Assembly (NCBI GenBank): GCA_964648035.1
Contig: CAZYKI010000003.1
Location: 1-46,537 of the forward strand
Reading direction: 5' to 3'
DNA: 46,537 nt
From: an uncultured Candidatus Puniceispirillum sp.
GTDB lineage: Bacteria; Pseudomonadota; Alphaproteobacteria; Puniceispirillales; Puniceispirillaceae
The position numbers and the translations under genes were made by a program. Under the pieces are notes generated by a model. It saw nothing but the letters and a program-made list of their open reading frames with translations. It did not search any database and was not told the origin of the DNA. Below, piece by piece: positions 38,372-46,537 of the stretch (positions are counted from its first letter, which is position 1; the number at the start of each line of letters is the position of its first letter).

Positions 38372-39724
38372 ATGATCCTGATTGACCAAATTGCCGACTA
38401 TATTGTGTCGGAACAGACCAGCACATTGTCCCCTGCCACCCGGCATCATGCGAAACGGGCGGTGATTGACTGGTTTGCCGCGATGTATCCGGGCGCTGTT
38501 CAAGACCCCAACCCGATGCTGCGCACAGCCTTTGTCGACAGCGATGATCCAGCCCATTGCACAATCTTTCCCACCGGCCAGCGGAGTACCGCAAAAACCG
38601 CGGCACTGCTGAACGGGGCAAGCGCCCACACATCTGAATTTGACGATATCTTTCGCGATGGCGGGCTGCATCCCGGATGCGCCACCATTGCGGCAGCCCT
38701 TGCTATTGCCGAACGCGATGATTGTAGTGGCGACCAATTTTTACGCGCGGTCATCGCCGGCTATGAGGTGAGCTGCCGGATCAGTCTGGCGATGGGACGA
38801 ACGCATTACGCCTTCTGGCATACGACCGCGACCATCGCGACCTTTGGCGCCGCGGCCGCCGCTGCCTTGCTGTTGGGACTAAACCGGCAGCAAACAGCGC
38901 ATGCGCTTGCTACCGCGGCAACCTTGGCAGCCGGGCTTCAACAGGCCTTTCGTTCTGACGGGATGAGCAAGCCGCTCCATGCGGGCCATGCGGCCGAAAC
39001 CGGGGTTATGGCAGCCATCGCCGCCGGCAAGGGTGTCACCGGCGCGCTGGATGTGTTGGAAGGTCCGGCCGGTATGGGCGCCGCAATGAGCCAGGCCGCT
39101 GACTGGTCAAAAGCCACCGCCGATCTTGGCAGACTCTATCACATTGAGGCGATCACCTTCAAAAATCATGGCTGTTGCGGCCACACTTTTGCGGCGATTG
39201 ACGGGCTGTTGGCGCTGATGGCCACGCGCGGCGTTACTGCCGATGACATCGCATCCATCGCCATTGCCACCTATGGCCCGGCCGTTGCCATCACCGACCG
39301 GGTGGACCCGACGACCCCGCAGGAATGCAAATTCTCGATGCAATATGTGGTCGCCCATGCCGCCTGTTTTGGTAGCGTTCGGATCGACGCATTCACCGCC
39401 GACCATATCAACAACCCCACGGTACGCGCGATGCTGCCATTGATCAGCGTTACAACCGACCCCGACATTGACGCCGCCTTTCCGGCCCAGCGGGCCGCGC
39501 GTGTTACGCTGACAACCAAAAACGGTGACCATGTCAGCCTGTTCCAGCCAACCCGCAAGGGTGATCCCGACATGCCGCTGTCGGATGCCGAACTGGACGC
39601 CAAATTCACCGAACTGACCGCGCCTGTTTTAGGCGTGAAACCCACCGCCGCCCTGCTTGGCGATTTATGGCAGCTTGACACCATCACGGTGCGGGCCTGT
39701 CTTGCCAACGCAACAACCAACTGA
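38372..39724 (+). CDS. MmgE/PrpD family protein (IDS-epimerase/ACOD1-like subgroup)
   Basis: H..EFDD, LHPG, GYE, WHTT, KPLHAG, KNHGCC and KFS.QY. Start moved to ATG 38372. Confidence 0.9.
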   Translation: MILIDQIADYIVSEQTSTLSPATRHHAKRAVIDWFAAMYPGAVQDPNPMLRTAFVDSDDPAHCTIFPTGQRSTAKTAALLNGASAHTSEFDDIFRDGGLHPGCATIAAALAIAERDDCSGDQFLRAVIAGYEVSCRISLAMGRTHYAFWHTTATIATFGAAAAAALLLGLNRQQTAHALATAATLAAGLQQAFRSDGMSKPLHAGHAAETGVMAAIAAGKGVTGALDVLEGPAGMGAAMSQAADWSKATADLGRLYHIEAITFKNHGCCGHTFAAIDGLLALMATRGVTADDIASIAIATYGPAVAITDRVDPTTPQECKFSMQYVVAHAACFGSVRIDAFTADHINNPTVRAMLPLISVTTDPDIDAAFPAQRAARVTLTTKNGDHVSLFQPTRKGDPDMPLSDAELDAKFTELTAPVLGVKPTAALLGDLWQLDTITVRACLANATTN

Positions 39725-39754
39725 CCCCCCATCAGGTTACGGAGCCCGCATACC

Positions 39755-41389
39755 ATGTCCGATTACAACGATCTGCACCAGCATATTGACGCCTTACGCC
39801 AGAAAGGTCTGTTGATTGAGGTTGACCGGCCCATCGACAAGGACAGCGAAATGCACGCCTTGGTCCGGTGGCAGTTCATTGGCGGGATGAAGGAAGCCGA
39901 ACGCAAGGCCTTTTTATTCACCAATATTACCGATGGCAAAGGCCGCAGCTTTGATATTCCGGTGCTGGTTGGCGGGCTTGCCGCCAATCGCGAAATTTAC
40001 AGTGTCGGCATGGGATGCAGCATTGACGAGGTTCAGGCCAAATGGGACAACGCGATCAGCAACCCGATTGCCCCGCAGATGGTTGACAACGCCCCGTGCC
40101 ATGAGGTGATCGAGGACGGCGCCACGTTAAGCCAGCCGGGCCATGGACTTGACGCGTTACCCATTCCGGTGTCGACCCCCGGATTTGATGCCGCCCCGAC
40201 CTTGAGTGCTGGCAATGTGATCACCAAGGATCCGGAAACCGGGGTGCAGAATATGGGGACATATCGCTGTGCGCTGAAAGCACCCGACCGGCTTGTCGTC
40301 CGCATGGCAACACGCGTCGGCGGGGCCGGCGGTTATCAGCATTATCAAAAATGCCAGGAACGTGGCATCACCGAAATGCCGGTGGCGATTGTGTTGGGTT
40401 GCCCGCCCTATGTCGCCTTTATGGGACCACAAAAACTACCGATCGGCGTTGACGAATTTACCGTTGCCGGCGGGCTTGCTGGCAAGCCAATCAATGTAAC
40501 CGCCGCCAAGACAGTCGATTTGACCATCCCAGCCGAGGCGGAAATTGTAATCGAAGGCTTTATCGATACCACCCGTGTCGAACCCGAAGGCCCGTTTGGT
40601 GAATCACACGGCCATATCGCGTTGGAAGAATATAATATGCCAATGCGGATTACCGCGATCACCCGCCGCAAAAAGGCGGTTGTGCCCTCCTATATCAGTC
40701 AGGTCGCCCCAAGCGAATCAAGCGTGATCAAACGGGTCGCCTATGAGCCGTTGTTCCTGCGGCATTTGCGCGACGAGAACAACATCAAGGGCGTCAAGAA
40801 AGTATCACTTCACGAACCATTGACCGGCTTGTTACGGGTCACTGTGATCACCTGTGAGGCCGGCATGCCACGCACTGAAATCTGGCGCGCATTATACAGT
40901 GCCGCCTTTTTCAAAGGTGATTGCAGCAAAATCTGCATTGCGGTGAATGATGATATCGATGTGGATAATGCCGATGCTTTGTTCTGGGCCATGTCCTATC
41001 GCACCAACCCAATCCATGATTTCCAGACCTTGGCACATCGCGGCCAAGGGCATGGCCCCAAGCGCGAACATGACGGTGAAGAAGATTCAAGCGTGTTGAT
41101 TGACGCGACGATGAAATCACCAATGCCGCCCTTGGCATTGCCGGGCAAGGACTATATGGAACGCGCCAAAGACATCTGGGACGAGCTTGGCCTGCCGAAA
41201 CTTAATGTGCAAAAGCCGTGGCACGGTTATTCGCTTGGGGCATGGCATCAGGTATGGGACGAGGCCGGCCGGCGCGCCGCCACTGGCGACTATCTTGAAA
41301 ATGGCCGCATTTCAGCGACCTTGACCCAAGACGGGTTAAAGCCGGAAACCAAACTTGACCCGGATACCGGCAAACCCTTTGCCAAATAG
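39755..41389 (+). CDS. UbiD-family (prenyl-FMN) decarboxylase
   Basis: TKDPETG.QNMGTYR, AEIVIEG, EGPFGE, V.DDID and IDAT. GGAG RBS. Confidence 0.92.
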   Translation: MSDYNDLHQHIDALRQKGLLIEVDRPIDKDSEMHALVRWQFIGGMKEAERKAFLFTNITDGKGRSFDIPVLVGGLAANREIYSVGMGCSIDEVQAKWDNAISNPIAPQMVDNAPCHEVIEDGATLSQPGHGLDALPIPVSTPGFDAAPTLSAGNVITKDPETGVQNMGTYRCALKAPDRLVVRMATRVGGAGGYQHYQKCQERGITEMPVAIVLGCPPYVAFMGPQKLPIGVDEFTVAGGLAGKPINVTAAKTVDLTIPAEAEIVIEGFIDTTRVEPEGPFGESHGHIALEEYNMPMRITAITRRKKAVVPSYISQVAPSESSVIKRVAYEPLFLRHLRDENNIKGVKKVSLHEPLTGLLRVTVITCEAGMPRTEIWRALYSAAFFKGDCSKICIAVNDDIDVDNADALFWAMSYRTNPIHDFQTLAHRGQGHGPKREHDGEEDSSVLIDATMKSPMPPLALPGKDYMERAKDIWDELGLPKLNVQKPWHGYSLGAWHQVWDEAGRRAATGDYLENGRISATLTQDGLKPETKLDPDTGKPFAK

Positions 41390-41447
41390 ACGCCTACCCT
41401 GCCGTTCGCGGCACCGATTCTACTTTGAGTGACCCCAACTTTTACCT

Positions 41448-42203
41448 ATGCCGGAAAGGCAGGCCGCGCCCGTGGATAAATTTGAACTGGCTTATATTGT
41501 CACTGTCGCCTTTGCAGCGGCAGCCATAAGCGGCTTTGCCGGTGTCGGGGGCGGATTTTTACCAGCCATTTTCTTTGCACCGGTCTTTGGCATGAAAGCC
41601 CTGTTGCCTGCCTTGAGTGTGATGTTGCTGGTCAGCAATTTTTCACGCTCATGGATTAACCGTACCGATTTCCACAAAGATGCGTTTTTACGGGTGGCGA
41701 TCCCTGCCGCGCCGATGGTGTTTCTTGGCAGCTATTTTTACGCCAGCCTTGAACCGCATGTGATTGCGGCGTTTCTGGGGGTTGTTATTCTTTGCTCAAT
41801 CCCACTACGGCATTGGGCTAAATCGCGGCATATAGAAACCTCACCTTTGGTGCTGAGTTGTGTTGGCGCCTTGTTCGGATTCCTGTGCGGTTCAGCGGTT
41901 GGGCCGGGCATGATTTTGATCCCTTTCATGCTTGGCTATGGGCTGACCCCGGTCAATTTTGTCGCGACCTTGGCAGTCATTGCCACCTTTACCAACATCG
42001 CCCGCGTGGTCAGCTATGGCAGTCTTGGACTGATCACCTATGATCTGTTGATCATCGGCTTGCTGGCCGGGGTGGCGACCATCCCGGGCAATATGCTGGG
42101 GCGCTTTATCCTGACCCGGATAAAAACCAAGTCACACGGTCTCTGGGTCGATATTCTGACCTTTGGTGGTGGGCTGAATTTCTTGTGGAAATCACTCGAC
42201 TAG
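41448..42203 (+). CDS. TauE/SafE-family (TSUP) exporter
   Basis: About 250 aa and hydrophobic, with repeated SGFAGVGGG and GSAVGPG motifs. GTG 41472 is an alternative start. Confidence 0.85.
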   Translation: MPERQAAPVDKFELAYIVTVAFAAAAISGFAGVGGGFLPAIFFAPVFGMKALLPALSVMLLVSNFSRSWINRTDFHKDAFLRVAIPAAPMVFLGSYFYASLEPHVIAAFLGVVILCSIPLRHWAKSRHIETSPLVLSCVGALFGFLCGSAVGPGMILIPFMLGYGLTPVNFVATLAVIATFTNIARVVSYGSLGLITYDLLIIGLLAGVATIPGNMLGRFILTRIKTKSHGLWVDILTFGGGLNFLWKSLD

Positions 42204-42222
42204 CCTGCTTTATGCCCCTGCT

Positions 42223-43341
42223 TTACGCTACCGTGTAGCGGGCCATCTTGTCAGGGTCCAGCGTAATCCCAAGCCCGGCAACCGCCGGCACCTGGTAAGA
42301 GCCGGTTGAAATATCCAGCCGCGTCGTCGCCACCGTATCGGTTACTTTTAGCGGGCCAACACATTCCAATCCGGGCATGATATTGGCAAAAGCCGCCCCG
42401 ACCATAATTTCGGTCATCGTACTCATATCCAACCCAAAACCATGCCCCATAACCACCTTCAGTCCAGCCGCGTCAGCGGTCGCAATCATCCGGGCCGCCG
42501 GCATCAAACCACCAGCCTGCGCAACACCGAATTTGACATAGTCGGCACAGTCCGCCTGGATCACCCGCAACAGGCTTGCATGGTCACTGATCGATTCATC
42601 CGCCATAATCGCAATGCCGCCCTGGCGCCGGATGGTGGCGAGGCCATCAAGGTCGTCGCGCGGCACCGGCTGTTCAAACAGCTGCAAATCAGCGCGTTTT
42701 ACCGCATCACACAACCGTAACGCATCCTCGACCCGATATTGTTCATTCGCATCAATCCGCAAGCCAACCGTACTGCCAACCGCATCGCGGACCGCCAACA
42801 CCCGGTCAATATCAGCCGCAAGGTCGCTGCCGACTTTGATTTTCATCGATTTGAATCCAGCCTTTACCCAGCCGCGCGCCTCGGCGGCGGCCTCATCAGC
42901 CGGTAATTCGCCAACCCATCCGTTAAAATCAACCTGCGGCGTGACCACGCCACCAAGATAATCGCCAAGCGACAGACCAAGATGCCGGCATGTTAGATCA
43001 ATGGCGGCAATTTCAACCGCCGCGCGCGCCCCAAGCTGGCTGTCAGGCACCTGACCCATCAGGCCAGAAATCGCATTGATCTGCGAGGCTGGCATACCGA
43101 TCAGCACTGGTTTCAACCGGTCAGTGATCGTCGCCAGCAAATCCTCGGCCCGGTCGGGAAAAACCGCCCGGGTTGACGGGTCAACACTACTGATCCCGAC
43201 GCTGCCATCGGCCGCCGTCAGCCGCACCACAACCCCCTTGGTCACATTTTTCGATTTGCCACCACTGGTGAAGACGCCGATCAGCGGCATCGCGACAACA
43301 AACGCCTCTAGGTTGGTGATTTTTACCGCGGCAAGATCCAT
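42223..43341 (-). CDS. Enolase-superfamily enzyme, muconate lactonizing enzyme subgroup
   Basis: KIKVG, DANE, EQP, ADES, VKFG and ECVGPL. GAGGG RBS before ATG 43341; 43368 is an alternative start. Confidence 0.88.
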   Translation of the reverse strand: MDLAAVKITNLEAFVVAMPLIGVFTSGGKSKNVTKGVVVRLTAADGSVGISSVDPSTRAVFPDRAEDLLATITDRLKPVLIGMPASQINAISGLMGQVPDSQLGARAAVEIAAIDLTCRHLGLSLGDYLGGVVTPQVDFNGWVGELPADEAAAEARGWVKAGFKSMKIKVGSDLAADIDRVLAVRDAVGSTVGLRIDANEQYRVEDALRLCDAVKRADLQLFEQPVPRDDLDGLATIRRQGGIAIMADESISDHASLLRVIQADCADYVKFGVAQAGGLMPAARMIATADAAGLKVVMGHGFGLDMSTMTEIMVGAAFANIMPGLECVGPLKVTDTVATTRLDISTGSYQVPAVAGLGITLDPDKMARYTVA

Positions 43342-43400
43342 AACGACCCTCTTAATAGTATGTTCCATTTATAGTTTTATCGGTCTCGTTAGCGGCCGGT

Positions 43401-45593
43401 TCACGCTTTACGAATATAGATCGGGCTGCTCCAGGCCTGATGCCCGTCTTCCTGCGTCACCCGCACATAAAGCCGCCGTTCAGTCGCCGCCGGCAGGCTG
43501 ACCGTTTCCTGACCTGTCAGCGCATAATCATGCAAGGTTGCTGGCAATCTGTGAAGATGAAGCCGGATATCCATGCCGCCACAATCAACGGTGATACCGG
43601 TTTCATCGATGGCGCCAAGTGATGTCGTCACCGAGTCAAAATTGGTATTGATGTCGACCGACCCGTCCCACGCCGCCGCATCCAACCAGAAATCAACCGA
43701 TGACGCACCGCCGGTTGTCACTGTTTTCCACACCGCATGCCGGTCATCGACAAGGTGGGGTTGACGGTTTGGATTCCAAAAATTGATCGGCTTGATCCGG
43801 TCTATTTTGCCATGATCAAACGCTGCTTTTACATCCCATTTTACCAGCCTGCCGCGGCCGCGATAATGCTGTCCGGCACAGGTGACACGCAACCGGTCGC
43901 CGGTGCTTTGCCCCCCCGATGGCCGGATGGTGCGCACAAGATCAAGCCCATCAAAAATATCAAGCCGTTCAATCGGGGCCGTGCCGATCACCTCGAAATC
44001 GAGTGTCACCGCGGCTTGGTCGCTCGTGGTAATTTCGCCAATGGCCCAGCGTTTGTCACCATCGGTGGCACTGACATCCATAAAGATGCGCGCCCCAGTC
44101 GTTGCGTAATGCCGCCGATTGCGAAAGGCCGGGAAAAAATGGTCACGGTCGAGTTGTGGCAACAGATGACAGGTTAAACCGCCATAAGATCCAAATTGGC
44201 TATCGCCCGGATATTCGGCACCCGGCCGGCCTTTATGGCCGTCACTGGATGCCACAATCCCGACCCGGTAGTTTGACTCAAACGCGTCAGCCAGAATCCA
44301 TTCAAACGTACCCCATGACGAATGCACCTCGACCGACGGTTCCAACCGCGCATCATGGGCATATTTGATATCAGCGTAGCGCCCGCCAACATGCGCCACG
44401 ACAATCGCGTCTTCTTCCTGCAATTTGGCAATGAGTTCCGGCGTCGAATGGACGTCCGTTTCCGGCAGGGTCCGATCGGCAACCAGGGCCCGACTTGACC
44501 GGTAAATAGGCCGCCCTTCGGTGCGGTACCAGACATTATGATCCCCGCCAAGGCCGGTATTGCCAGACCATTCATATCCGGGGATGGTCATAAACCGGCC
44601 ATCCTCGTTATAGGCCGCGGTCAGTTCATTCAAATGCGCCCAGAAATCATCGGTAATCTGGAAGTCATTGCCCTGATGACCAGCAATATCCAAAAACGCC
44701 TTGTTGCGCGCAAAGTCGAAATATTCGCGGGCGGTACCAACGCCGATCGTCTCGCCACTTTGGGCGTGCATATCGCTCCAAAAATGGGCGACCGGCGCAT
44801 CGCGAATAACCAGCGGATTAGCGGTGGCAAGCCAATTGCCTGCATCATCAAAAAGCTGTAGATCGACAACGCACGGCTCTGCCACCGACAGATTTTCGAT
44901 GACCGCGCCAAAACTACCGGGTTCAAATGACACGGTGTCAGGCAAATTGGTGATGGTTGCATTGCTGCGTACATGCACCGGCCCCTCTAGCAAGTTTGAC
45001 GGGTTGCCCCATTTATCATCGCCTTTAATCGACAGGCGGAAGGTCTCGTTTGGCCGGCGCAACGTTGGCAGCACCGCCTTCCACTGTGCCGGCACATCCG
45101 GCACCATCGCGATGGTGGGATTATCGGCCGGTGGCAAGGCAATAAAATCCTGCGTTGCAAACGGATCAACCGTGATCTGAAAAGTGAAGGCTGACTCGCA
45201 AAAGGTCTGCAACAACCAGCCCGGCGATCCACCTGATTGATCGCCAAAGGTAATGACAATCTGATCGCCCGCGCGCAAGAACCGCAAGCAGCGGATATAG
45301 AGGCTTTTATTCCACGGGCGGATATTGCGCCGCATGTCCCACGACACATCAAGCACCGCACCATTGGATGCGGTCACCGTGGTATAGCCGGGGGCGGCCG
45401 GGTCATCAAACTGGATCGGTGACCCATCAAAATGACCCCGAAAGCCGATCCGCAAGCCGCCCTGATCATCAATACCAAATTTGCCAGCTGTATAGGTCAG
45501 GGTGAAGGTCTGATAATGGCCAACCCGGAACTGACCGGTTGGCGACAAGCTGGCCGACCCCATCAGGTCAGTGCGGTAATCATTATACGGCAT
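43401..45593 (-). CDS. DUF3604-like protein (PHP-like metallohydrolase core flanked by beta-rich domains)
   Basis: WSDMHAQS, PGYEWS, GGDHNV, AHVGG, EVHS.WG, SSDGH and a C-terminal AWSSPI motif. Confidence 0.72.
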   Translation of the reverse strand: MPYNDYRTDLMGSASLSPTGQFRVGHYQTFTLTYTAGKFGIDDQGGLRIGFRGHFDGSPIQFDDPAAPGYTTVTASNGAVLDVSWDMRRNIRPWNKSLYIRCLRFLRAGDQIVITFGDQSGGSPGWLLQTFCESAFTFQITVDPFATQDFIALPPADNPTIAMVPDVPAQWKAVLPTLRRPNETFRLSIKGDDKWGNPSNLLEGPVHVRSNATITNLPDTVSFEPGSFGAVIENLSVAEPCVVDLQLFDDAGNWLATANPLVIRDAPVAHFWSDMHAQSGETIGVGTAREYFDFARNKAFLDIAGHQGNDFQITDDFWAHLNELTAAYNEDGRFMTIPGYEWSGNTGLGGDHNVWYRTEGRPIYRSSRALVADRTLPETDVHSTPELIAKLQEEDAIVVAHVGGRYADIKYAHDARLEPSVEVHSSWGTFEWILADAFESNYRVGIVASSDGHKGRPGAEYPGDSQFGSYGGLTCHLLPQLDRDHFFPAFRNRRHYATTGARIFMDVSATDGDKRWAIGEITTSDQAAVTLDFEVIGTAPIERLDIFDGLDLVRTIRPSGGQSTGDRLRVTCAGQHYRGRGRLVKWDVKAAFDHGKIDRIKPINFWNPNRQPHLVDDRHAVWKTVTTGGASSVDFWLDAAAWDGSVDINTNFDSVTTSLGAIDETGITVDCGGMDIRLHLHRLPATLHDYALTGQETVSLPAATERRLYVRVTQEDGHQAWSSPIYIRKA

Positions 45594-45711
45594 GTCGGTT
45601 ACTCTTTAATAGAAAGGCGTGATCAAAAAACAAGTGGCACACGCGGCAGATGCGCGACGCTAGGCAGGTTTTATCATGCGCAAAATCATGACCGCCGGCA
45701 ATGGTCTGATC

Positions 45712-45750
45712 AAAAGAAAACGCCATAGCAATACATAGATTGCTATGGCG
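45712..45750 (-). terminator. Rho-independent terminator downstream of tctA
   Basis: Perfect 12-bp stem CGCCATAGCAAT/ATTGCTATGGCG with a 6-nt loop, followed on the minus strand by TTTTCTTTT. Confidence 0.8.
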
Positions 45751-45808
45751 GTAGATAGGGTACCTATCGGGCACGACTAACGGGCGGGCATGGCCGCCCA
45801 GCGCGCCT

Positions 45809-46537
45809 TTACGAGGTTTTGGCTTTACGCGCCCGCATCGTCGAAATGGCGCGGAAGATCACCACAGCGGCCCCGATCATCAAGAAGATCGGTGCGTAGG
45901 AGAATTTGCCCATATATTCAAACTTCATGAACACCATCAGCCCGCTTTGTGAAATGATCATTGACTGGCGGAAGGCTTCTTCCATGCTCGATGTCAGAAC
46001 AAAGGCGATGATAAAGGCCGCGGCCGAGAAGTTGGTCCGCCGCATCCCATAGCCTATCACCCCAAACAAAATGGCGAAACCAACATCCCAGATTGAGGCC
46101 CGCGATGAATAGCTTGCCGCCAGTGAGATCATAAAGATCAGCGGATAGAGATATTGGGTTGGCAGCAAGGCGATAGCCCGGCCAACCAAGGGCGCCGCGA
46201 AATAACCAATGATCGCATAGGCCGCAATCCCGACAAGGCCGGCGGCAAAAATGCCAAAGATAAATTCACGCGGGCTCATCATCTGTCCACTGACAAACAG
46301 CGGCGGTTCGGTGGCAAAAATCTGGGGGCCGACCTGCAAGCCATTGACCAAGAACATGCCAATCAACACCGCCGCAATGGTTGAGCCGGGGATCCCCAAG
46401 GTCAAAAGCGGGATCATCGACGGACCTGACACGGCGTTATTGGCTGATTCCGGGGCGGCGATGCCTTCAACCACACCGGTGCCCCATTTGTCTTTGTTTT
46501 TGGCTTTCCGCTTTTCCTCACCATACGCCACAAAGCA
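45809..46537 (-). CDS. tctA: Tripartite tricarboxylate transporter large permease (C-terminal part; 5' end outside the window)
   Basis: EGIAAPESANNA and IPLLTLGIPGS, followed by hydrophobic helices. The reading frame is open to the window edge. Confidence 0.9.
   Translation of the reverse strand, partial: CFVAYGEEKRKAKNKDKWGTGVVEGIAAPESANNAVSGPSMIPLLTLGIPGSTIAAVLIGMFLVNGLQVGPQIFATEPPLFVSGQMMSPREFIFGIFAAGLVGIAAYAIIGYFAAPLVGRAIALLPTQYLYPLIFMISLAASYSSRASIWDVGFAILFGVIGYGMRRTNFSAAAFIIAFVLTSSMEEAFRQSMIISQSGLMVFMKFEYMGKFSYAPIFLMIGAAVVIFRAISTMRARKAKTS

Noticed and set aside
6891-39724. 2-methylcitrate cycle (PrpF plus PrpD)
   Set aside because: No prpB, prpC or acnD is present, the two genes are about 30 kb apart, and the MmgE protein lacks the PrpD-specific motif.
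31600-41389. Anaerobic phthalate degradation (two CoA-transferases plus phthaloyl-CoA decarboxylase)
   Set aside because: The UbiD has a canonical EGPFGE and, from memory, does not resemble Pcd. There is no ubiX, the transferases are not adjacent, and both keep the catalytic Asp.
41400-41413. TGCCG-TTCG-CGGCA hairpin after UbiD
   Set aside because: Only a 5-bp stem with no adjacent U tract, which is too weak to call a terminator.

Overview
A gene-dense window of roughly 55-60% GC (estimated by eye) with about 36 catabolic, transport and regulatory genes. I found no rRNA, tRNA, CRISPR array or mobile element. Gene content suggests a marine alphaproteobacterium, possibly SAR116-like; this is inference only. 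Modules in order: (1) a serine/alanine-glyoxylate aminotransferase divergent from a FAD/Fe-S 2-hydroxyacid oxidoreductase, a GntR regulator and an IolD-like ThDP enzyme, with a TTGTATA/TATACAA operator between them; (2) an lva/ACAD11-like 4-hydroxy/4-oxo-acid module (SDR, acyl-CoA dehydrogenase, CoA ligase, divergent APH kinase) extended by a PrpF isomerase; (3) a cytoplasmic BisC-type S/N-oxide reductase coupled to an alpha/beta hydrolase, an MBL lactonase and a SET-domain protein; (4) LysR, TAXI-TRAP transporter, cupin, DadA-like oxidase and a B1-C-A-B2 flavin opine-dehydrogenase-like complex; (5) a PuuB-like oxidase, orphan hutF and an OYE ene-reductase; (6) a ~15 kb cluster that matches no pathway I know: crotonase, two class III CoA-transferases, acyl-CoA dehydrogenase, ADP-forming CoA ligase, MmgE/PrpD, UbiD, TauE, an MLE-like enolase-superfamily enzyme, a DUF3604-like metallohydrolase and a partial TctA. 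Module 6 is the best candidate for an undescribed pathway. Family calls come from motifs read by eye and remembered homologs, not from database searches, and substrates are inferred.
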